From the NCBI GenBank assembly GCA_965250285.1, contig OZ252299.1, positions 1,664,001-1,728,000 of the forward strand: a DNA stretch of 64,000 nt, in the 5' to 3' direction. The notes beneath the pieces were generated by a model. That model was not told the origin of the DNA. It saw only the letters and a program-made list of their open reading frames with translations, and ran no database searches. This stretch comes from Myxococcota bacterium (GTDB lineage: Bacteria; Myxococcota_A; UBA9160; UBA4427). The stretch's first letter is position 1; every line of letters starts with the position of its first letter. This document shows, one piece after another, positions 1 to 8,755 of the stretch. The translations under genes were made by a program, and so were the position numbers.

Positions 1-182
1 GCACAGAAGGTGCCGCCCGCGCCAACGAGCACGGCGGCCGCAACGTCGGTCTCGTCCTCGACGCGCAGAAAGGCCTCGCGCAGCGCGGTGGCCGTGGGCT
101 GGTCGACGGCGTTCCGCACGTCGGGGCGATCGATGGTCACGATCGCGGTGGCGCCACGCACTTCATAGTGAACGTTCGACAT
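1..182 (-). CDS. Enoyl-CoA hydratase/crotonase family protein, N-terminal part (runs off window)
   Basis: Manual translation MSNVHYEVRGATAIVTIDRPDVRNAVDQPTATALREAF...VLVGAGGTFCA shows the crotonase 'TIDRP..RNA' and 'G.G.FCAG' motifs; GGAG upstream of ATG. Not in the ORF track. Confidence 0.85.
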   Translation of the reverse strand, partial: MSNVHYEVRGATAIVTIDRPDVRNAVDQPTATALREAFLRVEDETDVAAAVLVGAGGTFC

Positions 183-279
183 GGGGGCTCCAGGACGCGG
201 CCTGTCACTTGCACCGCGGTCGGTCGCGTCGAGTGCAGGCGCGGGGCGGTGCGAGGAGGCGGGGTGGGCCGACGCTCAC

Positions 280-1272
280 TCAGAGGCCGGTCACGCTCCC
301 TCGCGAGTTGATCTTGGTGATCACCTGCGCGAGCAGGGGCTCGATCGGAAAGGCTTCGTACCATTCGGGGGCGCCGGGATGCCGGACGGTGGTCGTGCCG
401 ACCAGCCGAAACGCCCAGCCTTCTTCGCTGGCGCGTTTCGCGACATCGGTGAGTCGATCCCAGGCCGGGCCCGAGAGCACCGGGTGCGCGCAGGCCACGG
501 TGATGTCGGTCGCGCCTCGGCTCTTCAGCTCTTCGACCGCGGCGACCACTGACCCTGCGGTGTCGATGATGTCGTCGACGAGCAGCACGCTGCGATCGCT
601 CACGTCGCCGATCAGCGTCGATCGGCTGACCACGTTGGGGCGCGAGTAGTCGCGTTCCTTCGAGAGGCCGGCGAGGTCGGCCTCCATGCGCTCTGCATAG
701 CGGCGGGCCCGCTCCATGCCGCCGACGTCGGGCGAGACGACGACGTCGCCACCGATGCCGCGGTCCTGCATCCAGTTCACCATGTGCTTGGTGAGGTAGA
801 CGGTCTCGAGCGTTGTGCGACTGGCGTCGAACATGCCGGCGATCGCATCGTTGTGGATCTCGACCGTCAGCACGCGGTGGGCCCCCGCGGCGCTCAGCAT
901 GCGCGCAAACAGTCCGGCGCTGATGCCCTCGCGCATGCGCCCCTTGCGCTTGTCCTGGCGCGCGCCGGGGTAGTAGGGGAGGACGGCCGTCACGAACATC
1001 GCGTCGGCGAGCTTCGCCGCCTCGACAGCGTGGAGCTGCATGACGAATCGGTCGTAGACGGTGTGCTCGTCGCCGACGCCGACGCAGTTCTGGAAGACAT
1101 AGGCATCACAGCCGCGGATGTTCGCGTCGATGACGACCTTGCCCTCGCCGCAGGCGAACCACGTCTCGGTCGACGGGAGCCGCCGGAGGCGGAGCTCGGC
1201 CGACACCAGATCGGCGAGGTCGCGCCCCGCGTTGCAGGCGAGCATCGCCAGGGGTGCGATCTGCGTTCCCAT
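280..1272 (-). CDS. prs: Ribose-phosphate pyrophosphokinase (divergent)
   Basis: Motifs PYYPGARQDK, VVSPDVGG, LLVDDIIDTAGS (PRPP-binding), VACAHPVLSG; GGAG SD before MGTQ. Confidence 0.9.
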   Translation of the reverse strand: MGTQIAPLAMLACNAGRDLADLVSAELRLRRLPSTETWFACGEGKVVIDANIRGCDAYVFQNCVGVGDEHTVYDRFVMQLHAVEAAKLADAMFVTAVLPYYPGARQDKRKGRMREGISAGLFARMLSAAGAHRVLTVEIHNDAIAGMFDASRTTLETVYLTKHMVNWMQDRGIGGDVVVSPDVGGMERARRYAERMEADLAGLSKERDYSRPNVVSRSTLIGDVSDRSVLLVDDIIDTAGSVVAAVEELKSRGATDITVACAHPVLSGPAWDRLTDVAKRASEEGWAFRLVGTTTVRHPGAPEWYEAFPIEPLLAQVITKINSRGSVTGL

Positions 1273-1436
1273 GCGTCTCCTTCCGGGGGGCGTCGCGACG
1301 ACTATACTACGCCATCCCCGACACGGCGGTGGGGGCCGCGGGTTCGGCTCGAGGTGAAGAGCCGGGCCCATCGGTTGATTCGGTACGAAGGGGTGTGCCG
1401 GTCAGTGGGTGGGCGAGAGAGGTGGATCGGCGCGTG

Positions 1437-2264
1437 ATGGCACGCCGTCGAATCGGGGCACAGCGCGCGTTGACCAGCCAGAACACGACATCCGCCGGGC
1501 GCGCGACATCGCGCGAGGGCCATGGCTGGTGGCCCTATCTGTTGCCCTACGTGGGCTTCCTGCTCGCGGTCGAGGTCGCCGGTCGCGTCACCGATTGGGA
1601 GGTGCGCGGCGCCCTCCCGTACGGCACCGGCCTCGCCATGCTCGCGTTCAAGCCGGCCGTGCCCGTCGCACTGATCGCCTGGTTCTGGCGCCAGGGCGCG
1701 TATCCCGAGCTGCGTGGCGCCTGGAAGGGCCTGGGGGGCTTCGGCGGCGTGGCATCGGACGTCGTCGTGGGTCTGGCGCTCACCGTGCTCTGGGCGCTGC
1801 CCTACGTGTTCATCCCCGGGATCCGGCCCGAGGACACTTCGGGCTTCGATGCCGACCAGTGGGGCGAGTCGATGCGCGGCGTTGCGCTCGCGCTCCGCAT
1901 GGCCGGCTACGCGCTGGTGACGCCGCTGTTCGAAGAGCTGTTCATCCGCAGCTTCGTCATGCGCTACGCCGATGTCTACGGGACGAACGGCGACTTCAGG
2001 GACCGCCCGATCGCGGTCTATACGGCGCGCAGCTTCATCGTGACGATCGTCGTCTTCACGATGGGCCACGTGCCCTGGGAGTGGTGGGTGGCCGTGCCCT
2101 GGGTCGCGCTCACGAATCTCTGGTTCTACCGGCGCCAGAGTCTGTTGGCCGTCATGATCGTTCACGGCGTGACGAACGCGGCGCTCTTGCTGCTGGCGAT
2201 CTACGGTCACGGCTGGTTCACCGATGCCGATGGCACGCCGCTCTCGCTCTGGTTCTTCGTCTAG
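1437..2264 (+). CDS. CPBP/CAAX intramembrane protease, PEP-CTERM-system-associated type
   Basis: Multi-TM; EELFIR (EExxxR), FTMGH, HGVTN motifs; start uncertain. Confidence 0.8.
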   Translation: MARRRIGAQRALTSQNTTSAGRATSREGHGWWPYLLPYVGFLLAVEVAGRVTDWEVRGALPYGTGLAMLAFKPAVPVALIAWFWRQGAYPELRGAWKGLGGFGGVASDVVVGLALTVLWALPYVFIPGIRPEDTSGFDADQWGESMRGVALALRMAGYALVTPLFEELFIRSFVMRYADVYGTNGDFRDRPIAVYTARSFIVTIVVFTMGHVPWEWWVAVPWVALTNLWFYRRQSLLAVMIVHGVTNAALLLLAIYGHGWFTDADGTPLSLWFFV

Positions 2265-2294
2265 GACTGGGGGAGCGGCCGTGCCGGTGGATGC

Positions 2295-2621
2295 TCAGGC
2301 GGCGCCGCGGTGTCCCAGGCGGATGCGCTGGGCCATGTCGGTCAACTCGACCAGGCCGGCCCGCGCGTCGTCGGGCTTGCCATCTTCGGCGGCGCGCGCG
2401 ACGCCGCGCGCGATCTGCGACAGGCCGGGGAACCCGCAGCGGTCTGCGTCCCGCGCGAGATTCAGCGAGAAGTCGCGCAGCGGCTCCCACTGGGCCGACG
2501 CTTCGGCGTCCTGAAGGTCGTCGACCTCCTCGGCGAGCTTGATCACGAACGAGCTGATGTCGTCGGCGAGGTCGGGATCGTCTTCCAGAAAGCTGCGGAT
2601 GGCCGTCTTGCGTTCGCCCAT
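2295..2621 (-). CDS. Hpt-like four-helix protein lacking the canonical phospho-His
   Basis: SFLEDDPDLADDISSFV...WEPLRDFSLNLARDADRCGFPGLSQIAR resembles standalone Hpt proteins (AHxLKGxxGxYGF), with SLNLAR at the His position. Confidence 0.6.
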   Translation of the reverse strand: MGERKTAIRSFLEDDPDLADDISSFVIKLAEEVDDLQDAEASAQWEPLRDFSLNLARDADRCGFPGLSQIARGVARAAEDGKPDDARAGLVELTDMAQRIRLGHRGAA

Positions 2622-2667
2622 GGGGCCGCGTATCGGCGGCTCTCATGCGCAGATTGAGGATGGCGAC

Positions 2668-3306
2668 CTATCGCTGCTCGGTGAGGAAGAGCGGGAGGCG
2701 AACCACGGTCCCCTCCCGGGTCGTGATCTCGAGCTCGAGCTTCCGTGGTGATCGGAATTCGGCGAGCGCCCGCTCGGCGTCGCTCGACCGCGCGGGTTGT
2801 CGCAGCCAGGCGGTCGCACCGGCGAAGTCTTCGACCCGAGCGGGCGGCTCGCCGGGTCCCACGATCTCGACCCGGAGGCGGCCTCGGACCACTTCGAACT
2901 CGAATCCGCGTTCGCGCTTGAGCGCCCGCTCGAAGTCGCGCTGGGCGGTCTCGGGATGCGATGTGCCGTTGTAGCGAGTCTGCAGTTTTCCGATCAGATT
3001 GGGCACCTCGGTTCCGACCACGTCGAAACAGCGCTCGGCGTCGGCCACCTGCATGTCGATGAACCGAATCTCGATCTCGGTGCGGCCCGGAAGCGGATTC
3101 TTTGCGGGCTCGATCAGCACACGACGGATGCCCCGCACCGTCTCGTCACCGATGCGGCAGAACACCGGCGACGCCCAGTTGCCGCGCGCCCAAGCGGTGA
3201 TCGCATCTCCGAGACTGGGAGCGCCCTGAGCGCGGGCAGGGCTGGCGGAGAGCGCGGCTGCGAAGAGCAGGGGGAAGAGCATCGATCGAAGCGCGGGGCC
3301 GGTCAT
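2668..3306 (-). CDS. Hypothetical exported protein
   Basis: Signal peptide LFPLLFAAALSASPARA; protein-like composition. Confidence 0.65.
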   Translation of the reverse strand: MTGPALRSMLFPLLFAAALSASPARAQGAPSLGDAITAWARGNWASPVFCRIGDETVRGIRRVLIEPAKNPLPGRTEIEIRFIDMQVADAERCFDVVGTEVPNLIGKLQTRYNGTSHPETAQRDFERALKRERGFEFEVVRGRLRVEIVGPGEPPARVEDFAGATAWLRQPARSSDAERALAEFRSPRKLELEITTREGTVVRLPLFLTEQR

Positions 3307-3457
3307 GGGCGGGGCAGCGTCCTGCAGCGGGGCCGGTACGGGCGGCGGGAGCATACCGGGGACGCGGCCGGGCCGACAGGCGCGCAGCAGGCAGGCGCTC
3401 GCCGCTTCCTCGCGGGATGCGTTGACAGATCTCGGCGTCGTGCTGCACGCTCGGGGC

Positions 3458-3742
3458 ATGCACTGTCATGCCTGCGACGCCGAGCTGTCGCTCGGCCCCG
3501 GCGAGCGGCTCGGTTTTCGGGACTCGTGCGAGCGATGCGGCGCCGACCTGCACGTCTGCAAGAACTGCGCGCACTACGACACGACGGCCTACAACGAGTG
3601 CCGCGAATCGGGGGCGGAGCGGGTGCTCGACAAGGAGCGCGCGAACCGCTGCGACTGGTTCAGCCCCGGTGAGTCGCGCGGTGGCGACGGGTCGTCACGC
3701 TCTTCGGCCATCGCCGATCTCGAGAACCTCTTCAAGAAGTAG
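3458..3742 (+). CDS. Small Cys-rich (zinc-ribbon-like) hypothetical protein
   Basis: CHAC...CERC...CKNC...C...C, ending LENLFKK. Confidence 0.75.
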   Translation: MHCHACDAELSLGPGERLGFRDSCERCGADLHVCKNCAHYDTTAYNECRESGAERVLDKERANRCDWFSPGESRGGDGSSRSSAIADLENLFKK

Positions 3743-3793
3743 TCTCGGCCCGCAGTGCGGTCGGCCGGCCCGCGGTGGCGTCACCGCGCGGGC

Positions 3794-4768
3794 TCAGCGC
3801 GCCACGGCGCCTTTCGACAGCAGGTCGTCGAAGTACGCGATCGTCTTCTCGAGGCCGGCGCGCAGCTCGACACGTGGGGCCCAGTCGAGCTCGCGCTGCG
3901 CCAGGCCAATGTCGGGGCGGCGCCGGATCGGATCGTCGTCGGGCAGGGGGTGGTGTTCGATGGGCGATGCGCTGCCCGTGATGTCGAGGACCAGCTCGGC
4001 GAGCTCCCGCATGGTGTTCTCTACGGGATTGCCGAGGTTGACCGGGCCCGTGAACTCGGCCGGGCTGTCCATCAGCGAGATCAGTCCATCGATCAGATCG
4101 TCGACGAAGCAGAACGAGCGCGTTTGCTCGCCGTCCCCGTACAGCGTGATCGGCTCGCCGCGCAGCGCCTGCATCGCGAAGTTCGAAACGACGCGACCAT
4201 CGTCGGGTGCCATGCGGGGGCCGTAGGTGTTGAAGATGCGGGCCACCTTGACCTCGAGGTCGACCTGCCGGTGGTAGTCGAAGAAGAGGGTCTCGGCACA
4301 GCGCTTGCCCTCGTCGTAGCAGGCGCGGCGGCCGACGGGGTTCACGTGGCCCCAGTAGTCCTCGGTCTGGGGGTGGATCTGTGGATCGCCGTACACCTCG
4401 CTCGTCGAGGCCTGCAGGATGCGCGCGCCGACGCGCTTCGCGAGCCCGAGCATGTTGATCGCGCCGTGCACGCTCGTCTTGGTCGTCTGGATCGGATACC
4501 GCTGGTAGTGCGGCGGGCTCGCCGGGCACGCGAGGTTGTAGATCTGGTCGACCTCGACGTACAGGGGGAACGTCACGTCATGGCGCATGATTTCGAAGTA
4601 GGGCTGGTCGGCAAGGTGAACGACGTTTCGCTTCGAACCTGTATAGAAGTTGTCGACGCACAGCACGTCATGACCGGCCGAGAGCAGGCGGTCGCAGAGA
4701 TGTGATCCGAGAAAGCCGGCACCGCCGGTCACGAGAACGCGTCGCGGTCGATGCGAGGGGGTCGACAT
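3794..4768 (-). CDS. uxs: UDP-glucuronate decarboxylase (UDP-xylose synthase)
   Basis: [47 protein letters not shown]. Confidence 0.93.
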   Translation of the reverse strand: MSTPSHRPRRVLVTGGAGFLGSHLCDRLLSAGHDVLCVDNFYTGSKRNVVHLADQPYFEIMRHDVTFPLYVEVDQIYNLACPASPPHYQRYPIQTTKTSVHGAINMLGLAKRVGARILQASTSEVYGDPQIHPQTEDYWGHVNPVGRRACYDEGKRCAETLFFDYHRQVDLEVKVARIFNTYGPRMAPDDGRVVSNFAMQALRGEPITLYGDGEQTRSFCFVDDLIDGLISLMDSPAEFTGPVNLGNPVENTMRELAELVLDITGSASPIEHHPLPDDDPIRRRPDIGLAQRELDWAPRVELRAGLEKTIAYFDDLLSKGAVAR

Positions 4769-4840
4769 CTCAGTCGCTCCTTTCTGTGTGCGCCGTGTCG
4801 CCGCCTGCCAATGACGGCTTCGCGACGATCGCCGCCGGGT

Positions 4841-5584
4841 TCAAAGCGGCGCCCGTTTGAAGACGAAGTCGGGCAGCCAGCGGATCGCGGTCATGATGAA
4901 GCGCCAGAAGAACGGGGAGTAGACGACAGCGCGGTCTCGGTCGATGGCGCGCAGCGCATCCTGCGCGACACGCTCGGGCGGCGCGGCCAGAAAGACGCCC
5001 TCGCGTCCGAACGTGAGCGGCGTGTCGACGAAGCCCGGTCGAACGTCGACGACCCGCACGCCCACCGACGCGAGGCGAACGCGCAGCCCCGAGAGCAGCG
5101 TCTGGAGCGCGGCCTTCGATGCGCCGTAGACGTAGTTGCTGGCGCGCCCGCGATCTCCGGCGACCGAGCTGACGGCGCAGATCCAGCCCTGCTGCTCTTG
5201 CTCGAGGGCGCTGGCGACGCGCTCGAGGATCTGGGCCGTCGACGTGACGTTCGTCTCGATCATCCGAGCGGTGGCGGCCGGATCGCTGCGAGCAGTCGCC
5301 TCGTCGGCCATCGTGCCGTACGCGAGGAAGACGCCCCCGAACCGGCCCCCGCAGCGCTCGCGCAGGCGCGCGAAGAAGAGGGGATCCGCGGCATCCTTCG
5401 TCGCTTCGAACTCGAGGGCATCGGCCGCGACCCCGAAGCGCACGCGCAGATCCTCGGCGCTGCGGCGGGCCTCGGCGCCGTCGCGCGCGCAGAGCACGAC
5501 GTCGTGGCCGCGCGCAGCGGATGCGCGGGCAAAGGCCTGGCCGATGGCCGAGGTGGCGCCGAGCACGACGATGGGATCGTTCAT
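4841..5584 (-). CDS. SDR oxidoreductase, DprE2-like
   Basis: LGATSAIG, SSVAGDRGRASNYVYGASKA (YxxxK), RPGFVDTP; ATGA overlap with the DprE1-like gene. Confidence 0.85.
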   Translation of the reverse strand: MNDPIVVLGATSAIGQAFARASAARGHDVVLCARDGAEARRSAEDLRVRFGVAADALEFEATKDAADPLFFARLRERCGGRFGGVFLAYGTMADEATARSDPAATARMIETNVTSTAQILERVASALEQEQQGWICAVSSVAGDRGRASNYVYGASKAALQTLLSGLRVRLASVGVRVVDVRPGFVDTPLTFGREGVFLAAPPERVAQDALRAIDRDRAVVYSPFFWRFIMTAIRWLPDFVFKRAPL

Positions 5585-6954
5585 GTGGCCCCCGTCAGCC
5601 CCAGCCGGCGCGAGAGCGACGACGAGAAGCGCCCGTGCGGGTCGACGGCTTGCTTGACAGCACGCCAGCGTTCGAGATTCGGGTACATCAGCGGCACGTG
5701 CTCGGCGCGCAGGCACGAATCCTTCGCCAGGTAGACCCGCCCGCCGGCCTCGAGCACGAGCTCGTCGAGCCCGTGCAGCAGCGCCGTCAGCGCGTCATCC
5801 GGATAGGGGAAGTCGACCGAGAGCGTGAGGCCCGGCCGGGGGAACGAGAGCAGCCCGTCGCCTTCGTCGCCCATGCTCTTGATCACGCCGAGGAAGCTCG
5901 GCCGACGCGATGCCGCGATGCGCTCGATCATTCGCTTCACAGTGTCGCGGGCGCGGTCGGTCGGGATCACGACCTGATACTGCAGCACGCCGCGGCGGCC
6001 GTAGATGCGGTTCCAGCGGTGGATCGCGTCGAGGGGGTAGAAGTACTGCTCGAAGTTGACGACCGCCTCACCGGGTCGGTTCGCGGCGTAGTAGAGCGCG
6101 TTGAACGCCGCCGTCGCGAAGCGGTTCATCAGGCCCGACGGCATCGAGAAGGGCACGGTCAGCTGCGTGGGCGGCGAGATCTCGAGCGGCCTCGCGCGCT
6201 GCTCGGCTGGCACTTCGGCGACCGTGGCCTCGTCGGCGCGCAGCAGGACGGCCCGGCCCATGTGGCGGCCGCGCGTTTGGCAGTCGATCCAGTTGACCGC
6301 GTATCCGTGCGCACGGTCGCCTTCGATGACGCGCTCGAGCGTCTCGTCGATGTCGCCGGTGCGGGTCGTGACGCTGCGAACCCAGGCCGTCTCGACCGGC
6401 TTCAGCTGGATCTTCGCGTCGAGCACGATCCCGGTGAGGCCCATGCCACCCACGGTGGCGTGGAAGAGATCGGGCCGGATCGATGGAGCGCAGACGACCC
6501 GCTCGCCGTCTGCGAGCCGAACCGTGAGCTCGCGGAGGAACCCGCCGATGCTGCCGTCGCGGTGATGGTTCTTGCCGTGCACGTCCGCCGCGACGGCGCC
6601 TCCGACGCTGATGTGTTTCGTGCCCGGGGTGACCGGAAAGAACCAGCCCCGTGGCAGCAGCAGGTCGATGATCTCGGGGAGCGTGACCCCCGCCTCGCAG
6701 TGGAGCAGGCCCGTCTCTTCGTCGAACGCGAGGAACCGATCGAGGCGCTCGGTCGAGACGACACCCTGGCCGGCGTTCAGCGCCGCGTCGCCGTAGGCGC
6801 GGCCCCGACCCCGGGCGATCAGGCCGGGGGCGTCTTCCGAAACGACGAGCGGTCGGGTCGATGTGGCGCGCTCGGGGCGAAAGACCCGGCAGCGTTCGAC
6901 CGGGTGATGGCCCCAGCCGAAGAGCGTCTGCTCTTCGCTCGGCGGCGCGCTCAC
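5581..6954 (-). CDS. FAD-linked oxidase, DprE1-like (polyprenyl-phosphoribose 2'-oxidase)
   Basis: RGRGRAYGDAA, PVTPGTKHISVGGAVAADVHGKNHH, GGMGLTG, GGRVYLAKD, DPHGRFSSSLSRRL; GTGA overlap. Confidence 0.9.
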   Translation of the reverse strand: MSAPPSEEQTLFGWGHHPVERCRVFRPERATSTRPLVVSEDAPGLIARGRGRAYGDAALNAGQGVVSTERLDRFLAFDEETGLLHCEAGVTLPEIIDLLLPRGWFFPVTPGTKHISVGGAVAADVHGKNHHRDGSIGGFLRELTVRLADGERVVCAPSIRPDLFHATVGGMGLTGIVLDAKIQLKPVETAWVRSVTTRTGDIDETLERVIEGDRAHGYAVNWIDCQTRGRHMGRAVLLRADEATVAEVPAEQRARPLEISPPTQLTVPFSMPSGLMNRFATAAFNALYYAANRPGEAVVNFEQYFYPLDAIHRWNRIYGRRGVLQYQVVIPTDRARDTVKRMIERIAASRRPSFLGVIKSMGDEGDGLLSFPRPGLTLSVDFPYPDDALTALLHGLDELVLEAGGRVYLAKDSCLRAEHVPLMYPNLERWRAVKQAVDPHGRFSSSLSRRLGLTGAT

Positions 6955-8444
6955 CAGGCCGCTCCGGCGATCGTCAGGCCCATCAGGAGGGCGGCGATCC
7001 AGCTCACGGGGTCGGTCGTCGCGAACACGACCGGGTCTTCGTGCAGCTCGTCGCGGCGAGCGAGAAACCACACCCGCGCGATCCAGTAGAACATGATCGG
7101 GCAGAGCGCCCAGAGCAGCGCGGGCCGGGCGTACAGCTCGCTGCTCTCGCTGCTGGCGTTCACGAAGAGGCAGAGCACGAGCACGCTGATGAAGCCCGAC
7201 GCGATGCCCATCGCGGCGACGAACGGCGCGTCGTCGTGGCGGTACGCGCGTCGATTGCCGAGCACCCGCTCGGCCTGCGCCGCGTCACTGATCTCGACGT
7301 AACGCTTCACGAGCGCGAGGCTCAAGAAGAAGAATGCCGAGAACGCGAGGAGCCACGGAGACACGGTTACGTCGGCCGCAACCCCGCCCGCGAGGATCCG
7401 GTGGGTGTAGAGGCCGGCGAGCACCATCACGTCGAGGAGCAGGACCTCCTTGAACGAGAACGTGTACGCGGTGGTGAGCACGGCGTAGATCAAGAGCATC
7501 GCCGTGCAAGCCGCGGGCAGCGTGAGCGCCGATGCAGCGAGCGCGCCCAGGATCAGCAGTGGAGCCAGGACGAAGCCGGACGAGAGCGGCAGGGCGCCCG
7601 ACGCGAAGGGGCGGGCTCGCTTGCGCGGATGACGCCGGTCGGCCTCGACGTCCATCAGATCGTTCAAGACGTAGGTGCCCGATGCGACGCCGCAGAACGT
7701 GGCGATTGCCATGAGCACGCGCGCGATGTGGTCGACGTCGGCGATGCGGTGGGCGAGGAGCAGCGGCAGCAGGAGGAGGGCGTTCTTCGTCCATTGATGG
7801 GGGCGCAGTGCGCGCACGAGCGCTCGCCCACGTTGCGGCGCTGCTTCGCTGGCGTCGAGTCGATCGATGGGGAGCCCGGCGCGTTCGAGTTCGGTCGCGA
7901 GCGCTCCGCGATCACCGGCCACCGTGGCGCGACCCGCTCGCCGCCAGATCTCGACGTCGGCCGCCGAGTCACCGACGTACTCGAAGCCGACGTCGGACTG
8001 CCCGAGCTGGGCCAGGTGGGCCTCGATCGCGTCTCGCTTCGCGGCGCCCTTCAGGTTCGTTGCGCCGTCGGTCGCGATCACGTCGTCGAAGACGCCGAGG
8101 TACTGCGCGACGGCTTCGACCCACGGGCGGGGGCTTGCGCTCGCCAGCACCACGGGTCGGCCTTCGGCCCGGGCCTGGTGGATGTAGTCGAGGACCTCGG
8201 GCCGATACGGCAGCGTGTCGACCGGCAGTCGAATGCGATCGGCCCATTCGGCCTTCAGGCGGACGCGGCCTCGGGCGAGCCAGGCAGGTCCCATCACGAC
8301 GGAGCCGGGCCGCTCACGCAGGAGCGCCCGCAGCGCCTCCCAGAGCAGATCGGTGGCAGCGAGGGTGCCATCCAGATCCACGTAGAGCGGGCGTCCGGTG
8401 CGGGGGCGCGCCGTCTCGGGATGGTCCGCGGTCTCCGGCTTCAA
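6951..8444 (-). CDS. HAD phosphatase-UbiA fusion (polyprenyl-phosphate phosphoribosyltransferase-like)
   Basis: N-terminal YVDLDGTL and VGDSAAD (HAD); C-terminal LRPHQWTKN, YVLNDLMDVEADRRHPRKRARPFASG, LHEDPVVFA; start uncertain (ORF open to 8573). Confidence 0.88.
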   Translation of the reverse strand: MKPETADHPETARPRTGRPLYVDLDGTLAATDLLWEALRALLRERPGSVVMGPAWLARGRVRLKAEWADRIRLPVDTLPYRPEVLDYIHQARAEGRPVVLASASPRPWVEAVAQYLGVFDDVIATDGATNLKGAAKRDAIEAHLAQLGQSDVGFEYVGDSAADVEIWRRAGRATVAGDRGALATELERAGLPIDRLDASEAAPQRGRALVRALRPHQWTKNALLLLPLLLAHRIADVDHIARVLMAIATFCGVASGTYVLNDLMDVEADRRHPRKRARPFASGALPLSSGFVLAPLLILGALAASALTLPAACTAMLLIYAVLTTAYTFSFKEVLLLDVMVLAGLYTHRILAGGVAADVTVSPWLLAFSAFFFLSLALVKRYVEISDAAQAERVLGNRRAYRHDDAPFVAAMGIASGFISVLVLCLFVNASSESSELYARPALLWALCPIMFYWIARVWFLARRDELHEDPVVFATTDPVSWIAALLMGLTIAGAAW

Positions 8445-8755
8445 CGAGGCCCTTCCAGGCGGTCGCGCGCGCGATCGTGGCTCGGCGCGACCCGATTCGA
8501 GAGGGGGTTTCGGTAATGTAGGGCCTTCGGCCAGCGAAGTGACGGCGCGAAGAGTGCATCGCCCAATCGACATAGTCGCGCCGCCGTTTCTTTGACACCT
8601 CCAGTCGTGCGGGTCGCACCCACTTCCTGCATGATCCCCCCCGGTTCGGGTGGTTCGGAACCCCGCCAGGAGGGGGGAACCATCCGGGGCCGAGGGGATT
8701 CCGATCGGGAGTCCAGTCGGCCTGGACCCGTCCCAGCACAGCGGAGCTCGACCGA

